Positions 57,350 through 64,000 of a stretch of 64,000 bases of DNA are shown here, in pieces. Position 1 is the stretch's first letter. Each line of letters opens with the position of its first letter. Source of the stretch: an uncultured Actinomycetes bacterium (GTDB lineage: Bacteria; Actinomycetota; JAICYB01). The DNA is taken from NCBI GenBank assembly GCA_964520325.1, contig CAZFOB010000005.1, positions 20,661 through 84,660 of the forward strand. The letters are read 5' to 3'. Under the pieces are notes generated by a model. That model was given only the letters and a program-made list of their open reading frames with translations. It did no database searches and was not told where the DNA came from. The position numbers were made by a program, and so were the translations under genes.

Positions 57350-59227
57350 ATGACGATGCCCGACCTGATCCCGATCGACGTACTGTTCGGCAACCCCGAG
57401 CGCACCCAGCCGACGCTCTCACCGGACGGCACACGGCTCGCCTACCTGGCCTCCGACGACGGCGTGCTCAATGTGTTCGTCGCGACGGTTGGCAGCCCCC
57501 CGGGCGCGGCGCTCAGCGCCGACACGGCGGTGACCTCGGACCGCCTCCGGGGGATCCGGCAGTACCAGTGGGCCTACGACGGCATCCACCTGCTCTACCT
57601 GCAGGACACCGGCGGCGACGAGAACTGGCGGCTGCACACGGTGAACCTCGCCACCGGCGAAGTCGTCGACCGCACCCCCTTTCCCGGCGTGCAGGCGCAG
57701 ATCCTCGCGACCTCGTCGAGGAAGCCGGACGAGGTGCTCGTCGGGCTCAACCGCGACGACCCGCGTTTCCACGACGTCTACGCGTTGCGCCTGTCGACCG
57801 GCGAGCTGAGCAAGCACGTCGCAAGTCCCGGGTTCGACGAATGGTTCATCGACCACGACCTCGTCGTGCGCGGCGGCGTTGCCTCGACGGAGCAAGGCGG
57901 CGTCCGGTACGTGCTGGGCATCGGCGACGACGAGCGTGTCATCCACGAGATCGCTCCGGACGACTTCCTCATCAACATCACGCACCCGGTCGGGTTCTCG
58001 GGCGACGGTCGCCGGCTGTTCTTCGGGAGCGTCGCAACATCGGACACCGCAGAACTCGTCTCACTCGACGTCACCGACGGCACCATCCACGTGCTCGCTT
58101 CCGATCCGGACTACGACGTCTACGCGATCTTCCTGCGCGCCGAGAGCCTCGCCGACCCCGTGACGCACGAACCACAGCTTGCGCCGGTCATCAAAGACCG
58201 CCACACGTACGTCGTCATCGATCCGGCGATCGCGCCGGACATCGAAGCGCTGCGCGCGGACGCACGAGGCGAGGTGCACGTGCTCAGCCGCGATCTGGCC
58301 GACCGTCGCTGGATCGTTTCGGACGTGGTCGACAACGGACCCGTGAGGTACTCGCTCTACGAACGAGCGTCGAAGACGACGACGTTCCTCTTCGAGAGCG
58401 AACCGGCGCTGTCACAGTACGCGCTTGCAAACGTCGAGCCGATCTCGTTCACGTCGCGCGACGGCCTGTCCGTGCACGGCTATGTCACGTTCCCGCCCGG
58501 CGTCGACCGCACCAACCAACCGGCCGTGCTCCACGTGCACGGCGGACCGTGGGGCGGACGCCATATGTGGAGCTACAACCCCATCAACCAATGGATCGCC
58601 AACCGCGGCTACGTCTGCATCGAGATCGACTTCCGCGGATCCGGCGGGTACGGCAAGGCGTTCCTCAACGCGAGCGCGCACGAATGGGCTGGTGCGATGC
58701 ACGACGACCTGCTGGACGGGCTCGAGCACACGATCGATCAGGGTTGGGTCGACCGCGAACGCGTCGGCATCTTCGGCGGTTCGTACGGCGGCTATGCAGC
58801 GCTCGTCGGCGCGACATTCACACCCGACGTCTTCCGCTGCGCGGTCGACTACGTCGGGCCGTCGAACCTCATCACGCTGCTCGAATCGATCCCGCCGTAC
58901 TGGGTGCTCGCGGCGCGCCAGTTCACGAAGCTCCTCGGCGATCCGAAGAAGGACCGGGACGACCTGTGGGCGCGCTCGCCGCTGTCCCGCGTCGACGACA
59001 TCCGCATCCCGATCCTCATCGCGCAGGGCGCGAACGACCCTCGTGTGAAGCAGGCCGAATCGGAGCAGATCGTCGCGGCTCTCGAGGAGCGGGGAGTCCC
59101 CTACGAGTACCTGCTCTTCGAGGACGAAGGTCACGGGTTCGCGCGTCCCGAGAACCGGGAGGCGTTCCACTTGGCCAGCGAGCGGTTCCTCGCGAAGCAC
59201 CTCGGCGGCCGAGCGCAAGACGCGTAA
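57350..59227 (+). CDS. S9-family serine peptidase (second copy)
   Basis: ..LSPDGTRLAY.., GGSYGGYA (GxSxGG), ..ILIAQGANDPRV.., ..DEGHGF... ATG 57350; the 228-aa upstream track extension is rejected. Confidence 0.85.
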   Translation: MTMPDLIPIDVLFGNPERTQPTLSPDGTRLAYLASDDGVLNVFVATVGSPPGAALSADTAVTSDRLRGIRQYQWAYDGIHLLYLQDTGGDENWRLHTVNLATGEVVDRTPFPGVQAQILATSSRKPDEVLVGLNRDDPRFHDVYALRLSTGELSKHVASPGFDEWFIDHDLVVRGGVASTEQGGVRYVLGIGDDERVIHEIAPDDFLINITHPVGFSGDGRRLFFGSVATSDTAELVSLDVTDGTIHVLASDPDYDVYAIFLRAESLADPVTHEPQLAPVIKDRHTYVVIDPAIAPDIEALRADARGEVHVLSRDLADRRWIVSDVVDNGPVRYSLYERASKTTTFLFESEPALSQYALANVEPISFTSRDGLSVHGYVTFPPGVDRTNQPAVLHVHGGPWGGRHMWSYNPINQWIANRGYVCIEIDFRGSGGYGKAFLNASAHEWAGAMHDDLLDGLEHTIDQGWVDRERVGIFGGSYGGYAALVGATFTPDVFRCAVDYVGPSNLITLLESIPPYWVLAARQFTKLLGDPKKDRDDLWARSPLSRVDDIRIPILIAQGANDPRVKQAESEQIVAALEERGVPYEYLLFEDEGHGFARPENREAFHLASERFLAKHLGGRAQDA

Positions 59228-59267
59228 GGCAACAGCGACATCGGACCGAGGTTCATAGAGTGAGGAC

Positions 59268-60287
59268 ATGAACCTTCTCGACGGCGGTCACGAACAGGTC
59301 GTGTTCTGCAACGACCGCGCGAGCGGACTGCGCGCGATCGTGGCTATCCACTCGACCAAGCTCGGCCCGGCCCTCGGCGGCACTCGCTTCTATCCGTTCG
59401 CAACGGAGGCCGACGCGCTGGACGACGTGCTTCGTCTGTCCAAGGCGATGTCGTACAAGTCCTCGGCCGCCGGACTCGACTTCGGCGGCGGCAAGGCCGT
59501 GATCATCGGCGACCCGCGTGCAGACAAGACCGAGCCACTCATGCGCGCGTACGGACGCTACCTCGAGTCGATGTCCGGACGCTACGTCACGACGGAGGAC
59601 GTCGGAACCACGCAATCCGACATGGACCTCATCGCGCAAGAAACGCGTTACGTCACCGGGACCTCGAGGGGCTCGGGTGATCCGTCCGAAGCCACGGGGT
59701 GGGGCGTGTTCTCGGCGATGCGCACGATAGCCAAGCGCCTGTGGGACGCCGACTCACTTGCCGGACGACATGTCGCGATCCAAGGCGTCGGCAAGGTCGG
59801 TTCGTACATCGCCGGACACCTTGCGAACGACGGATGCCGGCTCACCGTTGCCGACATCTTCGAGGAAGCAGCGCTCCGGATCGCTACGCGTTACGGCGCG
59901 GAGGTCGTTACAGCGCAGGAGATCCACGCGGTCGAATGCGACATCCTCTCGCCTTGCGCACTAGCCGGCGAGATCAACGAGCGCACCGTGCCCGAGCTCG
60001 CCTGTGCGGCCGTCATCGGTTCCGCCAACAATCAGCTCACACATCCGTCGATGGCCGATGCACTCGCGCGACGGGGGGTCGTCTACGGACCCGATTTCAT
60101 CGTCAACGCAGGCGGCGTGATCAACATCGCCTACGAAGTAGGACGTACCTACGACCGCGACGAGGCCTTCGCGCACGCGTGGCGCATCGGTGAAACGCTT
60201 GCGCGCGTGCTCGACGTCGCCGGAAACGAAGGCATCACAACGGAACTCGCCGCCGAACGGATCGCCGAAGCGCGTCTGCTCGCCTAA
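59268..60287 (+). CDS. Leucine/valine (Glu/Leu/Phe/Val family) dehydrogenase
   Basis: ..GPALGGTRFYPF.., ..DFGGGKAVIIGDP.. (catalytic Lys block), GVGKVGS Rossmann motif, ..GSANNQL... Confidence 0.85.
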   Translation: MNLLDGGHEQVVFCNDRASGLRAIVAIHSTKLGPALGGTRFYPFATEADALDDVLRLSKAMSYKSSAAGLDFGGGKAVIIGDPRADKTEPLMRAYGRYLESMSGRYVTTEDVGTTQSDMDLIAQETRYVTGTSRGSGDPSEATGWGVFSAMRTIAKRLWDADSLAGRHVAIQGVGKVGSYIAGHLANDGCRLTVADIFEEAALRIATRYGAEVVTAQEIHAVECDILSPCALAGEINERTVPELACAAVIGSANNQLTHPSMADALARRGVVYGPDFIVNAGGVINIAYEVGRTYDRDEAFAHAWRIGETLARVLDVAGNEGITTELAAERIAEARLLA

Positions 60288-61066
60288 ACGTTTTCGAAGA
60301 GAACGGTCGCGCCCGTCGGATCGGTCAGCGGCTCCCGCGTCACACCGTCGCCGACGCACCATGTGTAGTCGATCAATCCCGTTGCACCAACGGGTACCGG
60401 GCGATCGGGCGCCCACGTGTTCGCGCCGACGTGGTGGTGGTAGTCGCCGGCGGCGTAGAACAACGCACCGGGGATCGTGGCCGTTTTCTTCAGTCCGAGC
60501 GTGCCTTCATAGAAGGTCTGCGCGTCACCGAGATCGCGCACGTGCATGTGGACGTGACCAAGACAAGTCTGCGGATCAACCACGCCCGAGTCGGACGTCG
60601 ACGCGAGGATTCCTTCGGCGTCGATGGGATCGCTCACCATCACGATCGAGCCGTCTTGCGTGAACGTCCACTCCTCCCGCGGACGGTCCCGATAGAGCTC
60701 GATGCCGTTGCCCTCCGGATCGCGGATATACAGCGCCTCCGAAACCAGATGGTCGGCCATCCCCTCGAACGGCTCACGCAGTTCGGTGAGCCGGCGGAAG
60801 ATCGCTCCGAACGACGGTCTGTCGGGGACGACCAGCGCGAAGTGGTAGAGGCCCGGACACGGATATGGACGGAGCGGCGCGAGCGGCGCGTCAACAAGAT
60901 CGATGTGGAAGCGCTCGCCCTCAGGAGCAACCGTGACCGTCGATGAGCCGCGGACGATCTCCCGCAATCCCAACGGACCGGTGTAGTACGCGAGCATGGC
61001 GTCGAGATCGCGCACGCGAAGCGAGAGACGGACCAGCGATGCGTCGTCCGGGAGGCAGGTCGTCAA
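60284..61066 (-). CDS. Two-domain VOC (glyoxalase/extradiol dioxygenase-like) protein
   Basis: Two repeats of the VOC module (..LSLRVRDLDAMLAYY..GLYHFAL..EALYIRDPEGNGIELY.. and ..HVHMHVRDLGDAQTFY..DYHHHVGAN..). Confidence 0.8.
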   Translation of the reverse strand: MTTCLPDDASLVRLSLRVRDLDAMLAYYTGPLGLREIVRGSSTVTVAPEGERFHIDLVDAPLAPLRPYPCPGLYHFALVVPDRPSFGAIFRRLTELREPFEGMADHLVSEALYIRDPEGNGIELYRDRPREEWTFTQDGSIVMVSDPIDAEGILASTSDSGVVDPQTCLGHVHMHVRDLGDAQTFYEGTLGLKKTATIPGALFYAAGDYHHHVGANTWAPDRPVPVGATGLIDYTWCVGDGVTREPLTDPTGATVLFENV

Positions 61067-61272
61067 AGGTGCCCCTTCACGCCTGAATCCGACCCCCAGC
61101 GCCTGAGCTTGTGAACAAGTTCATGAGAGGTTTGACAGATCGCTGTGCTTTGTAAGACTCGCCCCTGGTCCTTATTCGGCCGGGATGGTCAAACCACGGG
61201 ACCACACGGCGCGAGCCCCACTGGTGGCGAGCTCGCGCAGAGGCAGGCAAACCCCCATAGGAGGCGTTGCAT

Positions 61273-61869
61273 ATGTTCGTTCTCGATGGCACGAAGGCTC
61301 GTGCCGTAGCTCTGCTCATGGCGTTCGCTACAGCCGTACCCCTCATCTCCGAGGCGTACGCGGTCGAAACACCGAAGGCAACGGTGGCCGAGGGCGTCGA
61401 CGCCAAAACGCCGAAGAAGGCGAAGAAGAAGGCAGGGACGTCATATACGCATTGGGGGCACCGTGCGGCCTTCGGCATCACGCGCCTCTCGGATAGGCCG
61501 GTCGCAGAAACCGAGCACGACCGTAAGCGGAGCGCGTTGAAGGTGGTTCTCGCGACGGCGCGCAAACAGCTCGGCAAGCCGTACCGGTGGGCGGCGGTCG
61601 GTCCGTCCAGCTTCGACTGCTCGGGCTTCACGATGTACGTCTGGAACAAGGCCGGCGTGAACCTCCCGCACAACTCCTCGGCCCAGCGGGGGGCGACGCG
61701 GCCGGTCTCACGCAAGCAGGCTCGTCCGGGCGATCTCGTGTTCGCACCTGGGCATGTCGGCCTCTACCTCGGCGACGGCAAGATGATCCACTCGCCGCAA
61801 ACGGGCGATCACGTGAAGATCTCCCCGATCCACGCCGGCACCTACGGGTTCGGGCGGCCTGCGGACTAG
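61273..61869 (+). CDS. NlpC/P60 (C40) peptidoglycan endopeptidase, secreted
   Basis: Signal peptide, a Lys-rich linker, ..GKPYRWAAVGPSSFDCSGFTMYVW.. (catalytic Cys) and ..GHVGLYLGDGKMIHSP.. (His). ATG 61273 lies 8 nt after AGGAGG; the track uses TTG 61267. Confidence 0.85.
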   Translation: MFVLDGTKARAVALLMAFATAVPLISEAYAVETPKATVAEGVDAKTPKKAKKKAGTSYTHWGHRAAFGITRLSDRPVAETEHDRKRSALKVVLATARKQLGKPYRWAAVGPSSFDCSGFTMYVWNKAGVNLPHNSSAQRGATRPVSRKQARPGDLVFAPGHVGLYLGDGKMIHSPQTGDHVKISPIHAGTYGFGRPAD

Positions 61870-61900
61870 GAGTGACAGCCGGCGTCCGAATGCCCTAGCG

Positions 61901-63472
61901 TTGCCTACCGTGGCGCGACTGGCGGGCGTCCTTGCCTCGGTTCTCGTGATCGGGATCGGTCTACCGGTCGCGAGCGTGCGCGCCACGCAACCCCTGGTGA
62001 TCAACGGCGTCGGCGCCGCGCACGGCTTCGGCCTTGCGATGGACGGCGTCGAGGGACAGGCTCGCGCGGGCTGGACGCACGATCGCATCCTCGATCTCTT
62101 CTATCCGGGCTCGGCCCCCGGACGCGCCGCCGGTCCGATCCGCGTCGGGCTCGCTGAAGTCGGCCATGCCCGATTCACAGTCCCGAACGGCGGTATCGTC
62201 TCCGACGCCCCGCGCGGCAGCACAGCCGGTTTCTCCGTCCCACTTGCGGCCGGCAGCACCGTTTCGCTTACCCGGGCAGCGGGCGGAGTCGCGGTCTCGA
62301 TCAACGGCAAGCCACTCACCGCTCCAGTGCCGGCGCGACCCACAGCTGCCGCGACCGCCGACCAAGACCCCGCGCCGCCACCTCTGCTTCCGACACCGCC
62401 CCCGCTGATCGAGCCTGAGCCAACCCCATCGCCGAAACCGAAGAAGGGCGAGCCGGCGAGCGGGACGACGGGTCCGGCAGGCGCGCGCGTTGCGAAGACC
62501 GTCTGGCTCTTCGGAACGGGCACCCCGGCCATCGTCGGCGTCGACGCGACGGGCCGTCGCTACCGAGGAGCGATCTCGGCCACGTTGCGCGCATCGTTGC
62601 TCTCCGTCATCAACCACGTCGATCTCGAGACCTACGTCGCGGGCATCGCCGAGGAGAAGGGGGCCGGCTGGCCGCTCGAAGGGCTGAAGACACTCGCCGT
62701 CGCCGCGCGGACGCTCGCCGCCGCCACCCTCAGCTGGTACTCGAAGAACCACGAGAACGGTTACGACATCTGCCCAACCGACAGTTGCCAGGTCTACCTC
62801 GGCTACGACGGCGAGGAACCCCTGATGCAGCGCGCGACGTCGGAGACGGCGGGCGCGATCCGCACGTTCAAGGGCCGTCCGATCCTGGCGATGTACCACG
62901 GCAACGGCGGCGGTCAAACCGAGTCGTACGAGCGGGTGATCGACAACGGTACAGACCCACACCCCTACCTCAGCTCGGTCACGTACCCGTTCGCAGACCC
63001 AAGCTCATGGCAACGCAAGACGTCACTTCCCGAGATCGAAGCGGCCCTTCGCAACTCGGACGTCGCCGTGCCGGGCACGCTTGCGCGCGTCGAGATCATC
63101 GAGCGCGGAGAATCACCGCGGGTGATGAACCTTCGCCTGGTGACGACGAAGGGAGATCAAGAGGTCGGTGGCGTCCGCTTCGCCGATGCGCTCGATCTCC
63201 GCTCGACATGGTTCGAGATCGATGCCGACGCGCGCACGACCGGGGCGGTCGTGACCGGGCCGTCGGTGACCACGGAAGCGGCGACGGCTGGACTCATCGC
63301 GCCGGCTCGTCCCGGAACCAGCTGGTGGGCGGCCCCGCTCACCGCGTTGCTTGCGATCGCGGCGCTCATAGCGGCGTTGCTCGGCACGCCCGAAGCAAGC
63401 TCACTCCGCGCGAGGATCCCTCGCGGACTCGTGCGCCGCGCCCGCCTGCGTCTGCGCCATTCGACGACCTAG
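61901..63472 (+). CDS. SpoIID/LytB-domain protein with Pro-rich linker and C-terminal TM segment
   Basis: ..HGFGLAMDGV.., ..YVAGIAEEKGAGWPLEGLKTLAVAARTL.., ..CPTDSCQVYLG.., ..AMYHGNGGGQTES.. are SpoIID/LytB hallmarks. TTG 61901 or GTG 61910 as start. Confidence 0.8.
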   Translation: MPTVARLAGVLASVLVIGIGLPVASVRATQPLVINGVGAAHGFGLAMDGVEGQARAGWTHDRILDLFYPGSAPGRAAGPIRVGLAEVGHARFTVPNGGIVSDAPRGSTAGFSVPLAAGSTVSLTRAAGGVAVSINGKPLTAPVPARPTAAATADQDPAPPPLLPTPPPLIEPEPTPSPKPKKGEPASGTTGPAGARVAKTVWLFGTGTPAIVGVDATGRRYRGAISATLRASLLSVINHVDLETYVAGIAEEKGAGWPLEGLKTLAVAARTLAAATLSWYSKNHENGYDICPTDSCQVYLGYDGEEPLMQRATSETAGAIRTFKGRPILAMYHGNGGGQTESYERVIDNGTDPHPYLSSVTYPFADPSSWQRKTSLPEIEAALRNSDVAVPGTLARVEIIERGESPRVMNLRLVTTKGDQEVGGVRFADALDLRSTWFEIDADARTTGAVVTGPSVTTEAATAGLIAPARPGTSWWAAPLTALLAIAALIAALLGTPEASSLRARIPRGLVRRARLRLRHSTT

Positions 63473-64000
63473 CTTCGTCACGCCGAGGACCCTCATGATC
63501 CCGGACGCCGCGTCCGGGAACGCCTGAGCCAACACGAGCAGCGGACGCATCGGGGACGGATTGACGATCAGCTCGGACGAGTCGCGCTTGATCGCCTTGA
63601 CCACTGCCTCGGCTACCTTCTCCGGCTTCGAGATACCGAGGAACTTTGGAGCGCTCACCCCGGTGCTGCGCACCATGTCGGCGTACATCCCTTCATCGGC
63701 AACGAATCCGGGACAAACCACGGAGGTACCGACCGGTGAATCGACGAGCTCAGCGCGCAGCGTATGCGTGAACATCACGAGCGCGGCCTTCGAAGCCGCG
63801 TACGGCGCCTGGCACGGGAAACCGCCCTTCCCTGCGAGGGAAGCGATCTGCACGATGTGTCCGCGGCCGCGCTCGAGCATCCCGGGCAGAACCTTGCGCG
63901 TGAGCATCATCGGCGCCGTCAGGTTGACGTCGAGGAGCTTCACGATCTCCGCGGGCGGATAGTCCGCATAGGCATGGGTTGCTTCGATGCCCGCGTTGTT
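63401..64000 (-). CDS. Short-chain dehydrogenase/reductase, C-terminal part; gene runs off the right edge
   Basis: The frame stays open to the window end: NNAGIEATHAYADYPPAEIVKLLDVNL.. then ..IASLAGKGGFPCQAPYAASKAAL.. (YxxxK). It overlaps the convergent SpoIID-like 3' end by ~72 nt. Confidence 0.8.
   Translation of the reverse strand, partial: NNAGIEATHAYADYPPAEIVKLLDVNLTAPMMLTRKVLPGMLERGRGHIVQIASLAGKGGFPCQAPYAASKAALVMFTHTLRAELVDSPVGTSVVCPGFVADEGMYADMVRSTGVSAPKFLGISKPEKVAEAVVKAIKRDSSELIVNPSPMRPLLVLAQAFPDAASGIMRVLGVTKLGRRMAQTQAGAAHESARDPRAE

Noticed and set aside
61067-61272. Possible ydaO/c-di-AMP riboswitch upstream of the NlpC/P60 gene
   Set aside because: I looked for the conserved blocks as I remember them (GGGGA.CC, GGGGUGAAUC, CCCGA.CCG.CAGCUAACCUCGUA). 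Only a loose GAATCCGACCCCCAGC string is present, and it lies upstream of the likely promoter. Kept only as an unclassified leader; a cmscan is needed.

Overview
Strongly GC-rich, very gene-dense bacterial chromosome segment. It is most consistent with Actinomycetota: a mycothiol synthase (mshD) is present, GTG starts are frequent, and neighbouring genes often share 4-nt ATGA/GTGA stop-start overlaps. I saw no rRNA, tRNA, CRISPR array, transposase or integrase. I call about 60 CDS, two gene fossils, one riboswitch and several candidate operators.

Layout:
- (1) 1.3-17.6 kb is a metal-homeostasis block. It holds a NicO/RcnA-like Ni/Co exporter with a Fur-family regulator, and a long minus-strand copper operon (YcnI-position protein, CopC-CopD fusion, DUF4399-like lipoprotein, plus CPBP protease and an orphan Liv-type binding protein). 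It also holds a Zn/Cd-type P1B ATPase with an ArsR/SmtB repressor and a perfect 8-2-8 operator, a DUF3105 protein, a cobalamin-riboswitch operon, and a MntR-like / two-domain multicopper oxidase / ZIP operon.
- (2) 17.7-20.2 kb holds a YchF-like ATPase, a GGCT-like protein and an EamA transporter.
- (3) 20.2-27.4 kb is a six-gene, translationally coupled operon: GNAT, PucR regulator, N-succinylamino-acid-racemase-like enolase, M20 amidohydrolase, serine hydrolase and M55 D-aminopeptidase.
- (4) 27.4-35.4 kb holds a beta-lactamase fossil, an orphan P450, a divergent MacB-type ABC pair, a nadD fossil, an S9 peptidase and vapBC.
- (5) 35.4-43.3 kb holds Lrp, an MIO-type ammonia-lyase, paaX-boxB-boxC, a cupin and an aminotransferase.
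- (6) 43.3-47.5 kb holds a second PIN/Phd module, an ABC-F ATPase and a serine hydrolase.
- (7) 47.5-54.9 kb is a Liv-family importer with unusual fusions (LivH-LivM-LivG in one chain; an MFS-like domain fused to LivF).
- (8) 55-64 kb holds an ABC-2 exporter with an ArsR-like regulator, a second S9 peptidase, Leu/Val dehydrogenase, a VOC protein, NlpC/P60, a SpoIID/LytB protein and an SDR.

Best candidates for something undescribed:
- the B12-riboswitch-controlled, transporter-less trio of exported proteins at 12.1-14.7 kb, which looks like a transcobalamin split into separate alpha (toroid) and beta (DUF4430-like) polypeptides;
- the MFS-LivF / LivHMG hybrid importer;
- the Mn-regulator / type-C-like two-domain MCO / ZIP operon.

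All family assignments come from reading motifs by eye. No database search or computation was run.
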